The notes: generated from the letters alone by a model not told the origin. Shown: positions 36,201-49,400, numbered from the stretch's first letter. The stretch is 64,000 nt of DNA from Macrostomum lignano (GCA_002269645.1 NIVC01000734.1:196882-260881), one strand, 5' to 3'. Numbers and translations are program-made.

Positions 36201-36695
36201 CACTGATTGGGGGGTCAAGCATCCCCGTGAAGTGTCACTGATTTGGGGGGGTCAAGCATCCCCGTGAAGTGTTACTGATTGGGGGGTCAAGCATCCCCGT
36301 GAAGTGTCACTGATTGGGGGGTCAAGCATCCCCGTGAAGTGTCACTGATTGGGGGGTCAAGCATCCCCGTGAAGTGCATCACTGATTTGGGGAGGGGGGT
36401 CAAGCAACCCCGTGAAGTGTCACTGATTGTGGGGTCAAGCATCCCCGTGAAGTGTCACTGATAGGGGGGTCAAGAGTATCCATGCAAACCATTAATCAAA
36501 AAGGTGTACACGCTGTTACCTTCCACTGCCCGCAGCCCCGCTGAAGCAGCCGTGAGCAGCCGGTCCAGCTTCGCGGCCGCAGCAGAATTTGCACACGAGC
36601 AGCACGCCAAGCACCAGGAGGACACCTGCAAGGACACCGCCAGCCAAAAACAACACCATCATCCATGGTGGCGCTGCCGCAGTTGATGACGTCAT
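21266..36695 (-). CDS. CBARP: BARP/CBARP-like single-pass membrane protein (voltage-gated Ca-channel beta-subunit-associated regulator-like)
   Basis: Exons: 36695-36520 (MTSSTAAAPPWMMVLFLAGGVLAGVLLVLGVLLVCKFCCG, TM), 30805-30707, 27114-26999, probable 25251-25205, and about 23353-21266 (acceptor uncertain). Exons 1-3 are phase-consistent with canonical GT-AG. The last exon has RKLQQMQRDSGYKSVES and QRDYSIDERTNAIFNEFL, in the same order as recalled BARP motifs RRLLQMDSGYASIE and RRDYSIDEKTDALFHEFL. Confidence 0.65.
23435..23617. repeat. 15-bp tandem repeat (AGAGGCGCCAGCACC) inside a MITE remnant ending GCTACGCCCCT near 23697
   Basis: Direct reading. Confidence 0.9.
24140..24600. repeat. GA-rich degenerate repeat (GAGATAAGGT)
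   Basis: Direct reading. Confidence 0.85.
25254..26920. repeat. Intronic polypurine minisatellite (GAGAGATAGAATGG, about 13-15 bp unit)
   Basis: Direct reading; fills almost the whole intron. Confidence 0.97.
27140..28805. repeat. Intronic G-rich minisatellite (GGGGAAGGGATAGCAT, about 15-16 bp unit)
   Basis: Direct reading; abuts the acceptor at 27115-27116. Confidence 0.97.
29380..30560. repeat. 23-bp minisatellite (CATGATCCTTCATGTACCTATCA) with a 69-bp higher-order block
   Basis: Direct reading; a 23-codon periodicity appears in ORF 30081-30605. Confidence 0.95.
31290..31490 (+). repeat. About 29-bp repeat (GGGGGAATTGCTGAGATGTCAAGGCTCAT)
   Basis: Direct reading; an inverted copy lies at 56095-56215. 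Confidence 0.85.
32195..32525. repeat. 16-bp minisatellite (GAGATGAGAGTGAACT)
   Basis: Direct reading. Confidence 0.93.
33095..33360. repeat. (GAGGATTAT/GAGGAT)n degenerate repeat
   Basis: Direct reading. Confidence 0.88.
34100..34710. repeat. 19-bp minisatellite (GAGAGTGACAGTCCTGTCC)
   Basis: Direct reading; highly homogeneous core. Confidence 0.96.
35085..35320. repeat. GA-rich repeat (AGAGGGAGAGGGTAA)
   Basis: Direct reading. Confidence 0.85.
35715..36475. repeat. About 35-bp minisatellite (GTGAAGTGTCACTGATTGGGGGGTCAAGCATCCCC)
   Basis: Direct reading; starts about 45 bp inside intron 1 of the BARP-like gene. Confidence 0.95.
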
Positions 36696-37529
36696 TAATG
36701 ATTTATAGCGGCTATTAAACTAGGTCTAGACAAAAAAATTGCAGTCAATTTTTCTGAATCCAGGAGGTCGCGTTGCGCACGTGTTTTTTAAAGAGACATA
36801 AAATTTGGATCTGACCGCTTATTGGTTACAATGGGCTCGGGCCAATGGGATCTGAGGCAGGAGATGACGGCAGCACGTCAGCTAGAGGGGAGATGAGGGA
36901 GATTAATGGGATTGTTTAGAGGTTGAAGCTACGGGATCGAGTGAGACATTGACGCAGTGCTGCTTGCTTGGTTGGGGAAGGGGGTCGCCTTTGTAAAAAA
37001 GTACTTAAGCTACCTGCATGCATATGGGATTGACGTATTCGTAACAAAACAGTAATTAAAGTAACCTTTGCAAGCAGTTTTTCATTGCATGCGAGTAATT
37101 ACTGTCTAAACAGGCTATTCCTTGAGTATATCATTGAGTATAGGCTTGTAGATGAATGGGAGAGCTAAATATTTCATATACATGTAGCTAGCATTGCTTC
37201 TTAATATCTTGGATACTTATAAGTCTACTTGTAATCTAATGTACAGAATATACATGAACATACATGTATACTAATTTAATTATAGCTAGATAATGAGCAG
37301 ATCTACATGTACACTACATTCAGTTAAGGTTACGTACAGATATCGATACATTTAGTTAGGTAATGTACATATTAACACATCAATGTATAGCTACTAGATT
37401 ATGTGATCTACAGAAATGCAGCTAAGGTTATGTACAGATATGGATAAATGTAGTTAGGTCTTGTACAGATTTACATATATCTATAGCTAGATTTAAACAG
37501 ATCTACATACATAATGTAGCTAATTTAGG

Positions 37530-38085
37530 TTTAGCTAATGTGTAGCTAATGTGTAGCTAATGTAGATAATGTGTAGCTAATGTAGCTAATGTGTAGCTAA
37601 TGTAGATAATGTGTAGCTAATGTAGCTAATGTGTAGCTAATGTAGATAATGTGTAGCTAATGTAGCTAATGTGTAGCTAATGTAGATAATGTGTAGCTAA
37701 TGTGTAGCTAATGTGTAGCTAATGTAGATAATGTGTAGCTGATGTAGCTAATGTGTAGCTAATGTAGATAATGTGTAGCTGATGTAGCTAATGTGTAGCT
37801 AATGTAGCTAATGTGTAGCTAATTTAAACAGATCTACATATATAATGTAGCTAATTTAGGTTTAGCTAATGTAGCTAATGTGTAGCTAATGTAGATAATG
37901 TGTAGCTAATGTAGCTAATGTGTAGCTAATGTGTAGCTAATGTGGATAATGTGTAGCTAATGTAGCTAATGTGTAGCTAATGTAGCTAATGTGTAGCTGA
38001 TGTAGCTAATGTGTAGCTAATGTAGCTAATGTGTAGCTAATTTAAACAGATCTACATATATAATGTAGCTAATTCAGGTCATATA
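37530..38085. repeat. (TGTAGCTAA/TGTGTAGCTAA)n repeat with degenerate flanks
   Basis: Direct reading. Confidence 0.93.
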
Positions 38086-39125
38086 CAGATTTACATTTAT
38101 GTACAGCTAGATTATGCATAGATCCACATGTACATCCTTTAACAAAAAATGTACGGATGTACACAAATGTAGCTAGATAATGTACAGATCGACATATATG
38201 CACTGAGTTAGTAGGTCATGTACAGATGTAAATCCATGAAGCTAAAAGCATCATGCATCAAGTTTGATAATGTAAAAAGATCTACATGAACGCAGCTAGA
38301 TTATGTACAGATCTATTTCAACGCGAAGCAACTTCTTGAATAATTTTTTCGCTCTTAATCAACGGCCATGCAGTAAACATGTAAATAGGTAACAATGCAC
38401 AGCTTCCATCATTGGAACCTTTAGTGAGAGTTGGTGGCCGGTATGTTTAATGCAGTACTATACTTATCTTATGCATACGGACGATGATGACAGTTCTTGA
38501 AGTCGCGGATTAACGCTGCCGCAGGGCATTGTAATAAAAGGCGAGACATGCCTCACCGGGAGAATTAAAGGAATTAAAGACCTACAATCCTACATTCAAA
38601 AAGAAAATGGACGTAAGGATTAAAAGGATCACTGGGACTAAAAATGTTGTCGACAGGTAACAGCTAAATCAGACGAGATGACAAGAAGTGACAGGATTAT
38701 ATTAGGCCTAAATTTTATTCAATATGCATTCGACATAGAGGGACTTTTTATATAGTCATAAAATATCAATATTTCATAATAAAAGTTCTACTGTTCTACG
38801 TCAGTTACAGTTCTTCATTGAAATCTGGTGAGAATATTGTTGACTTCAGCAAATATTTATCGCACGAGTGCACTGGTTTAATCGGGAATAAGCCTTCAAA
38901 TCAGGTTGGGGGCAGAGGGGCAACAGTCGCAACAGTCGGCCGATCCGACACTTCATGCAAAAATTCCAACCTAAATAAATACCAAAGTACTAAGTAGATA
39001 ACGAGGCATTTTGCCTTAATAAGACAGTCATAGTTACCCCTGCCGTTTACCCAAAGTTGCGTTAATTTTCTATAGGGTTTCTGTTACATGTAAGTCGCAT
39101 TGTAGACTTGTAGGCTAGTAACCTA

Positions 39126-39456
39126 GGGGGTTGTAGCCTAGTGGTCAGAGCACGACTTGCTCGACTTGGTCACGACTTAAAGGTCGGGGGTTCGATTGCC
39201 GAATCCCACTGGAACAATTTGTGTCCTTGAGCAAGACACTTTTCATTCTGCATTGCTCCAGCTCACCCAGCTGTAAAATGGGTGCCAGCATTAGCTGGGG
39301 TAATTGAGGCTGTGTGTGGCGACCCCCCAGTCCTTGGACTGAACAGCCGTACGCAGCCTTCAGATGTGCCGCGCAATTATAGCTGCGGCTGAGCTGTCGG
39401 TTGCACATCTGCCTTTTAGGGCAGATGTAATCAATTATTATTATTATTATTATCAT
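39126..39456 (+). mobile_element. tRNA-derived SINE with CORE-like central domain and (ATT)n tail
   Basis: A-box TAGCCTAGTGGTCAGA, B-box GGGTTCGATTGCC, central TGTGTCCTTGAGCAAGACACT...CTGTAAAATGGG resembling the CORE domain, 3' (ATT)n. Confidence 0.8.
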
Positions 39457-39849
39457 AAAAATAATTAAAATTCAATAATATCGTTATCTGTTAAAAGAAG
39501 GAATTTGATATTGATACAAAAGAGTTAGAAACGCCTTATGTTTTTATGTCAACTTATCAAGCACTTTTAATGAAAGTATACAATTGTACATGCGTGAGAT
39601 GGGCAGCAATTGAGTTTAATCGCATTTTGCAATATTAAAATATTACCTAAATGCTCGGTAATCTTAATTGACTAACGCTACTTTCAATAGCAAGCAGAAA
39701 ATTGCAAGTAGAAATGGATTATAAAAAAATATTAGCATTAATTTAAATAAATTTACCAAATTAATTAAGCAATAATAATAAGGTTTAATAATTAAACCGG
39801 GATAGTTAATATACGGTTCATCCATTTTTACGCTCGTTTTTACTCTCAC

Positions 39850-40190
39850 GGGTGATTGGGAGAATCTCAGGGGTGATTGGGAGAATCTCAGGAGTGATGA
39901 GGAGAATCTCAGGGGTGATTGGGAGATTCTCAGGGGTGATGAGGAGAATCTCAGGGGTGATTGGGAGATTCTCAGGAGTGATGAGGAGAATCTCAGGGGC
40001 GATTAGAAGAATCTCGGGGATGATTGGGAGAATCTCAGGGGTGATGAGGAGAATGTCAGGGGTGATGAGGAGAATCTCAGGGGTTATTGGGAGAATCTCA
40101 GGGGTGATGATGAGAATCTCAGGAGTGATGAGGAGAATCTCAGGGTGATGAGGAGAATCTCAGTGGTTATTGGGAGAATCTCAGTGATGC
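39850..40190. repeat. 21-bp minisatellite (GGGTGATTGGGAGAATCTCAG)
   Basis: Direct reading. Confidence 0.93.
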
Positions 40191-40408
40191 ATAATTGATT
40201 TTGTAGAAATATTCATGCGAGATTCTCATGAGAAGATTTTTACAGTGAGATTTTTGGTAAGATTCTCATAGGATATTTTAAACGATTACTATATGGGATC
40301 ATCATATGGGGTGCAAATTATGATAAAATAGAATATGCGTTTAGTTACGCGCGCAGCTTAACAATAGTTTGATAGAAGCAGATAAACCGATTCCAATAAA
40401 AACTGTTC

Positions 40409-43400
40409 TTACTTTCTCTTTTTAAAAGACGAGTTTCCTGCAGCCTTCTTCTTAGCGGCCGGGCCCTTGCCAGCTTCGGCCAGGGACTTCCGTTTCTGGC
40501 CGCCGGAAGCAGACTGCTGGCCGGCGGGCGGCTGGAGTACGGAGAAGAAGGAATCGATGCGACCTTGAACTGTTGTCTGCTTAGCTTTGAGCAGCCGCTT
40601 AGCCCCGCTGCGGACTCGTTCCTCGTTAAATCCGTTCTCTTCAACTAGGAATTTGATGAGGCCGGCTTCGTCCGGCTCGGACCACTTCAGCTCGACAGTG
40701 TCGCCAGGTGTAACGTCCGGCTTAGCGAATAGCCGCCTGGCCTCCTGGTATTGCCAGTTCTCTGGCACCTGCGGATTCGAATCGTGCGAGTAATTAGTCT
40801 GTTTTTTTAAGTAATTGAACTTCAGAAGTTCGAACTCTGACTCTATATACCTAAGCTTCGAGTTTGAGTTTTAAGAGAGGTCCGGAGTTCGAGTCTCAGG
40901 AGAAAGGTTCGGAGTTCGAGTCTCAGGAGAGAGGTTCGGAGTTCGAGTCTCAGGAGAAAGGTTCGGAGTTCGAGTCTCAGGAGAGAGGTTCGGAGTTCGA
41001 GTCTCAGGAGAGAGGTTCGAAGTTTAAGTCTCAGGAGAAAGGTTCGGAGTTCGAGTCTCAGGAGAGAGATTCAGAGTTCGAGTCTTAGGAGAGGTTCGGA
41101 GTTCGAGTCTCAGGAGAAAGGTTCGGAGTTCGAGTCTCAGGAGAGAGATTCAGAGTTCGAGTCTTAGGAGAGGTTCGAAGTTTAAGTCTCAGGAGAAAGT
41201 TTCGGAGTTCGAGTCTCAGGAGAGAGATTCAGAGTTCGAGTCTTAGGAGAGGTTCGGAGTTCGAGTCTCAGGAGAAAGGTTCGGAGTTCGAGTCTCAGGA
41301 GAGAGATTCAGAGTTCGAGTCTTAGGAGAGGTTCGGAGTTCGAGTCTCAGGAGAAAGGTTCGGAGTTCGAGTCTCAGGAGAGAGATTCAGAGTTCGAGTC
41401 TTAGGAGAGGTTCGAAGTTTAAGTCTCAGGAGAAAGTTTCGGAGTTCGAGTCTCAGGAGAGAGATTCAGAGTTCGAGTCTTAGGAGAGGTTCGGAGTTCG
41501 AGTCTTAGGAGAGGTTCGGAGTTCGAGTCTTAGGAGAGGTTCGGAGTTCGAGTCTCAGGGGAGGTTCGGACGCGATTCCCATTTAAACTCTTAATGTGTA
41601 GATTTATAAAATTTGAACAAATGTTTTTAAACTGTAGGAGTCAACAGGTATTAATAAAAAAGTTCACTAGAATAATAACTGATTGACGGGTTTTCGAGTG
41701 TTCCATTCCCAGTAGAGCTATTCAATAGCAGAGCACTTGAGAGCAATTCAGCGCAAGCAAGTCGGGAAGTGAGTTGAATCAAAAAACAGTCACGTTTCTT
41801 CGCCATCCTAAACTGCAGCTCCAGCAAAAAAGCAATTACAAAAATGAGCTGTGCTGGGTAAATTAACTATGGAAATAATAATATCAAAATATGCATGCCT
41901 AACAGAAAGAGAAGAAAGTGCTTATTAGATAAAGTTCACAGCGCTGACATCTGTGTGAGTAGGAATTCCATCATAACTTAATTATCTGACAGATCCATCT
42001 GATCAGGACTGAGAGAAATTCCTGTTCAAAAGTACAAAAGCAGCCAATGATCTTCTAAAAGCAAGAATTTTTAAATTTCGAAACAAAGAATGACATGAAT
42101 TTAGACACAATTGAAGAATTTTAGGGCGATGGAACAAATACAAACTTCGAGCATCTCTAAAGCGATGAAACAAAGACACACTTCAAGAATCTCTAAAGCG
42201 ATGAAACAAAGACACACTTCAAGAATCTCTAAAGCGATGGAACAAAGACACACTTCGAGAATCTCTAAAACGATGGAACAAAGACACACTTCGAGAATCT
42301 CTAAAGTGATGAAACAAAGACACACTTCGAGAATCTCTAAAACGATGGAACAAAGACACACTTCGAGAATCTCTAAAAGTGATGGAACAAAGACACAGTT
42401 CAAGAATCTCTAAAACGATGGAACAAAGACACAGTTCAAGAATCTCTAAAACGATGGAACAAAGACACAGTTCAAGAATCTCTAAAACGATGGAACAAAG
42501 ACACAGTTCAAGAATCTCTAAAAGCGATGGAACAAAGACACACTTCAAGAATCTCTAAAACGATGGAACAAAGACACAGTTCGAGAATCTCTAAAACGAT
42601 GGAACAAAGACACACTTTGAGAATCTCTAAAAGTTATAGAACAAAGACACAGTTCAAGAATCTCTAAAACGATGGAACAAAGACACAGTTCAAGAATCTC
42701 TAAAACGATGGAACAAAGACACAGTTCAAGAATCTCTAAAAGCGATGGAACAAAGACACACTTCAAGAATCTCTAAAGTGATGAAACAAAGACACACTTC
42801 GAGAATCTCTAAAACGATGGAACAAAGACACACTTTGAGAATCTCTAAAAGTGATGGAACAAAGACACACTTCGAGAATCTCTAAAACGATGGAACAAAG
42901 ACACACTTTGAGAATCTCTAAAAGTGATGGAACAAAGACACACTTCGAGAATCTCTAAAAGTGATGGAACAAAGACACACTTTGAGAATCTCTAAAAGTG
43001 ATGGAACAAAGACACACTTCGAGAATCTCTAAAACGATGGAACAAAGACACACTTTGAGAATCTCTAAAAGTTATGGAACAAAGACACAGTTCAAGAATC
43101 TCTAAAACGATGGAACAAAGACACAGTTCAAGAATCTCTAAAACGATGGAACAAAGACACAGTTCAAGAATCTCTAAAAGCGATGGAACAAAGACACACT
43201 TCAAGAATCTCTAAAGTGATGAAACAAAGACACACTTCGAGAATCTCTAAAACGATGGAACAAAGACACACTTTGAGAATCTCTAAAAGTGATGGAACAA
43301 AGACACACTTCGAGAATCTCTAAAACGATGGAACAAAGACACACTTTGAGAATCTCTAAAGTGATGAAACAAAGACACACTTCGAGAATCTCTAAAACGA

Positions 43401-46400
43401 TGGAACAAAGACACACTTTGAGAATCTCTAAAAGTGATGGAACAAAGACACACTTCGAGAATCTCTAAAAGTGATGGAACAAAGACACAGTTCAAGAATC
43501 TCTAAAACGATGGAACAAAGACACAGTTCAAGAATCTCTAAAAGCGATGGAACAAAGACACAGTTCAAGAATCTCTAAAACGATGGAACAAAGACACAGT
43601 TCAAGAATCTCTAAAACGATGGAACAAAGACACACTTCGAGAATCTCTAAAAGTTATGGAACAAAGACACAGTTCAAGAATCTCTAAAACGATGGAACAA
43701 AGACACAGTTCAAGAATCTCTAAAACGATGGAACAAAGACACAGTTCAAGAATCTCTAAAAGCGATGGAACAAAGACACACTTCAAGAATCTCTAAAGTG
43801 ATGAAACAAAGACACACTTCGAGAATCTCTAAAAGTGATGGAACAAAGACACACTTTGAGAATCTCTAAAGTGATGAAACAAAGACACACTTCGAGAATC
43901 TCTAAAGTGATGAAACAAAGACACACTTCGAGAATCTCTAAAACGATGGAACAAAGACACACTTTGAGAATCTCTAAAAGTGATGGAACAAAGACACACT
44001 TCGAGAATCTCTAAAACGATGGAACAAAGACACACTTTGAGAATCTCTAAAGTGATGAAACAAAGACACACTTCGAGAATCTCTAAAACGATGGAACAAA
44101 GACACAGTTCGAGAATCTCTAAAACGATGGAACAAAGACACAGTTCGAGAATCTCTAAAAGTGATGGAACAAAGACACAGTTCAAGAATCTCTAAAACGA
44201 TGGAACAAAGACACAGTTCGAGAATCTCTAAAAGTGATGGAACAAAGACACAGTTCAAGAATCTCTAAAACGATGGAACAAAGACACAGTTCGAGAATCT
44301 CTAAAAGTGATGGAACAAAGACACAGTTCAAGAATCTCTAAAACGATGGAACAAAGACACAGTTCAAGAATCTCTAAAACGATGGAACAAAGACACAGTT
44401 CAAGAATCTCTAAAACGATGGAACAAAGACACAGTTCAAGAATCTCTAAAACGATGGAACAAAGACACAGTTCAAGAATCTCTAAAAGTGATGGAACAAA
44501 GACACAGTTCAAGAATCTCTAAAACGATGGAACAAAGACACAGTTCGAGAATCTCTAAAACGATGGAACAAAGACACAGTTCGAGAATCTCTAAAAGCGA
44601 TGGAACAAAGACACACTTCAAGAATCTCTAAAACGATGGAACAAAGACACACTTCAAGAATCTCTAAAACGATGGAACAAAGACACACTTCGAGAATCTC
44701 TAAAAGATGGAACAAAGACACAGTTCAAGAATCTCTAAAACGATGGAACAAAGACACAGTTCAAGAATCTCTAAAACGATGGAACAAAGACACACTTCAA
44801 GAATCTCTAAAACGATGGAACAAAGACACAGTTCAAGAATCTCTAAAACGATGGAACAAAGACACACTTCAAGAATCTCTAAAAGTGATGGAACAAAGAC
44901 ACACTTCAGAATCTCTAAAACGATGGAACAAAGACACACTTCGAGAATCTCTAAAAGTGATGGAACAAAGACACACTTCGAGAATCTCTAAAACGATGGA
45001 ACAAAGACACACTTTGAGAATCTCTAAAACGATGGAACAAAGACACAGTTCAAGAATCTCTAAAACGATGGAACAAAGACACACTTCAAGAATCTCTAAA
45101 AGATGAACAAAGACACACTTCGAGAATCTCTAAAACGATGGAACAAAGACACACTTTGAGAATCTCTAAAAGTGATGGAACAAAGACACACTTCGAGAAT
45201 CTCTAAAACGATGGAACAAAGACACACTTTGAGAATCTCTAAAAGTGATGGAACAAAGACACAGTTTGAGAATCTCTAAAGCGATGGAACAAAGACACAC
45301 TTAAAAGGCAACTCACTTGATACTTGTCCTTGTCCAAATGCTTGAGCACATTGTCGATATCGCCATACTTTCGCAGAAACTCCAACGCCTTTTTCGGCCC
45401 GACGCCGCGAACAGAGTCGCAATAGTCGCAGCCAAGCAGGATGCACAGGTCAACAAACTGCTCCTGAGTCATGCTCATCTCCTGCAACGCCTTGTCCAGT
45501 CGGAACTCTTGAATCGGCATCTTCTTGGCTTCGCTGAATGTAAGCCGACGCAACAGAACCGGTGCACCGAATGTCAGCGCGTCCATGTCTTCGGTGCCTA
45601 CAGCGAAGACGCGACCGCTGCGCACCAGCTCCGCGCACTGCGCCTCCGCCTCTGACGGCGCCTGAAGCCAGGGCACGCCCATCAGGGTGAGAAGTCGCTG
45701 ACATTCTGCCGCGTGTTGTTTCGTCACCTTCACCAGGCGCTTGGACATGCGCTCCGCTTCCTCCGCGTCTTCCACCTGGGAAGTGAGGGTGATTGGGAAT
45801 AAATGTTTCACTCTGGGGTGGGTAGCTAACATCTAGATCTATAGGGTAGCTAACATCTAGATCTATAGGGTAGCTAACATCTAGATCTATAGGGTAGCTA
45901 ACATCTAGATCTATAGTGTATCTTACATCTAGAACTACAGGTTATCTAACATCCAGATCTATAGTGTATCTAACATCTAGATCTACAGGTTATCTAACGT
46001 CAAGATCTACAGGTTATCTAACGTCAAGATCTACAGGTTATCTAACGTCAAGATCTACGGGTTATCTAAGGTCTAAGATCTACAGGTTATCTAAAGTCTA
46101 AGATCTACAGGTTGTCTAACATCTAGATCTTAGGGTATCTAACATCTAAATTTAGTGAATCTGAGACACATCTAAATCCATGATATTTGAGGCAAATCTA
46201 TATTTACTTTGTAGGATTTCTACCTCCAGACTAATCAAAAAGATCGCGTGACATTTTTGGATTATAATCCCAAAATCAAAGTGCTTACTAAAATAGAATG
46301 CAACAATCAACTCTTTAGGAATACCCCTCTCCCTTTTACAAACCTCTTGCGCCCGTTCAAGCGCTTTCTCAGCCTCGTCTCGCTTCTCCTGACGCTTAGC

Positions 46401-49400
46401 CAACTCGCCAGATTTCATCTGAGGCGGAGCGCCATCGAATATATAAACAGGTTTAAGGCCATTGTCAATCATACGCATAGTTCGATAGAACATGCCCAAT
46501 AGGTGAGATGTAGTTTCACCATCGGCGTTAGTCAGATTGCCGCCGTCCTGGCGAACAGCGGTTAGAAACTGGTAGAGGCACATGCTGGCATCAATGGCTA
46601 CCTTTCGGCCTTGGTGCAAAAAGTGTAAGGAAAGTCTATTAAGCTCATTTTTGCGGCCTTCTGTAGCCTACTAACAGTAGAAATGTTTGGATTTGCCGGA
46701 TGAAAATGGCACCAAAAGGAAAGAAGTGACTCTAGAAAACTTGATCAAGATGTCACGGTACAAGTCGCCTATGAGTCAATTTAAAGCATTTTATTGTCTG
46801 CAAATCAGGGGCAACGTAGTGACCCTAAAGCAGTAGGGCCCCCGTGGCTGTCCATGATGGCGCCCCTTTTCCTTTGGGCTGGCAGTCCCAAATATGATTA
46901 ATATTATGAACTATGATGCTTTGAATTTACAAAGTGATTAAATCCAAAACAGGAAAAAAGACAGTAATACCAGAAAACAAAAGCATAGAAGTCACCTCGC
47001 TAACTTTGTACTTTAAGTTCAGGTCCTCACTACATCTGCCGTCAGCTTGCTCGGTGTATACTATAGCGCCCCTCTTAGCCTATATTACAACACCCCAGTA
47101 GTATATACTATGGCTTCCCTCTTGGTGTATATTATGGCGCCCCTGTAGTGTATACTATAGCACCCCTCTTAGTGTTATAGTCACTCATTAAGTGTTTTAT
47201 AAACTTATAGATATGAAATAGAAATCTTTATTTAAGATTTTATTAGTTTTAACTTTTTAAAATATTATTAGTTAGAAGTCAACTAGAACTGGCAAACCCT
47301 AGTTCATAAAAAAATTATCCAAGCTACAATTGCTACAATCCAAGGGTAAAGTCATAGATGTTCCTCTAGGAAAGTATTATCACTTTGGTATTGAACAAGG
47401 TATCAATGAAGTTTTTTGAGCTTTGGAACATGTTGTTGTATTAGATGACATATCAACCCTATTGTGTGTTTATGGTAGGGGTCGGACATGATCACAATTG
47501 TGATCACAATTTCGTGAATTCATGACCATTTTTATCATGATCATTATTTCCTTGAAACCTATTCACGATAGTCGTGAATTTCCGCTTTATTACATTTTTA
47601 TTAGAAGTATAACTTTTCTACTTGGTTTACCAAAATATGTGAACACAAATGTGTTAAAGAGTAATAAATTTTAAATTTGTTGACTTGACAGCATTACCGA
47701 GTAGCTATTATCAATTTATAAATATTTCTTTTCTTGTTTTGTTATTTTCAACACTTGTAACTTACGAGCTCAAAATACGTGTATGCAAATATAAATTCAC
47801 GATCACAATCACAATCACGCCTGACTTTGAAAATTTCACAAAATTTCATGCCCAACCAAAATTTTCTGCTCGTCCGACCTCTAGTTTATGGCTTACCAAT
47901 ATATAACAGTTTTGTAAGTAGATTTTGGCCTATTGTTGCTGCTTTGTCTGGCATTCTATCATCCTATCTTTGATTGGCCTATACTATGGTGAGAAGTAAC
48001 CTGGATCAGCTAAAGATTTGTTGCATCCTGTAGTCGAAGAGCTAAAGATCCTTGAGCAAGGAAAGTATATTTATGAAAAAACCTAAAGGTTTATCTACAG
48101 TATGTCATATGTGATACCTTCGCAAGGCACTTTTTTAAGGGTATCAAGGGGCACAATGGTTATTATGGATGCAAATGTTGCATACAAAAAGGGACAATTG
48201 AGTATGAGCAAATGCTTAACAATGGCCAAACTATTGTTTTTCTAGACCTTGATGCTCCACTAAGAACTGATGTCATTTCCTCAGAAGCAGCAAGCATAAC
48301 ATCACTATTCTAATTTACCATTTGAGGAGCTGCAAAGAACATTCATTTGTGATCCAATGCACCAACTATATTGTGGAATTGGTCCTATGATTTTACAACT
48401 AAAGATGGCCCTAAAGCATTTAAGATAAGTCATACACTTTAGACAAATTGATGACCTTATACTGCATGCCTGCCAATATATTCTGGCTGACTTTTTGCAA
48501 TAGCAGTCTCTTTCAACATTTGGGAATATGGAAAGCCATTGTTTTTTTGCCAATTTTTCATGTATTTGCTACCATTTGTCATTTGTACTACTGTTAGCAA
48601 TTCTGACTTCCTAGACCCTCTTTTGACATTATATGTCATAGTGACTACTGAATTTTAAAACTTACGTCAGGAGTATGACTTATATTAGTAGTAATGTCTT
48701 GCTGCTCAGGCACCAAGCTACCAAGGATAAATTGTATTTAGATAATAGCCATATTCAATTAATAAGCCATTCAAAAATTAGACACAGAATTAGTTAGGAC
48801 ATTAGTGCGATTTTAGAAATTGGAAAAATTAGAAATGAGCTATAGCTTGGATTGTGTATTAGTATATGCAAGGTTTAATGCCAGAAAAAATGACAAGACC
48901 TCATTTGTATGCCAAGTTTATGCACCAATAGAAAAAAAATTGTCATTTGAAACAATGTATCTATTGTGTTATATACACCAAGATATATCCTGATGTATGC
49001 TGAAAAATGATAAGATCCTTGTTATATACCAGGAAATCCTAGCATACATGTTGCCTTCTGAACTAAAGAAAATGAGAAATGAGAATGAGAAAAAGAAATG
49101 AGAAATTAAATGATCAGAAAAAGAGAACCACAACAACTTAATAGCTTAGTAGTAGAACTGTTTTGAAAAGAGAAATTAGCCTTAAAACAACTTGATAGTA
49201 GTTGCAGTAGTAGGCCAAGATGGAATTCTTGCTTGGGGGAAGGAAAACACACGCACATTTTTGGAGCAATGCACAAGTGCGCATGCCAGCTATAAAAAAA
49301 TTAGTCATAATGCAATCATGGCCTATATGCTAAAAATGAAATTTCTAGTTTTTCAATTCTTCTATTTTACAATTTTTTTTAAAATTGTACTTCAAGTGTA

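Noticed and set aside
42110-45303. 36-37-bp repeats as a CRISPR array
   Set aside because: Units are head-to-tail with no unique spacers, there are no cas genes, and the array lies in a eukaryotic intron.
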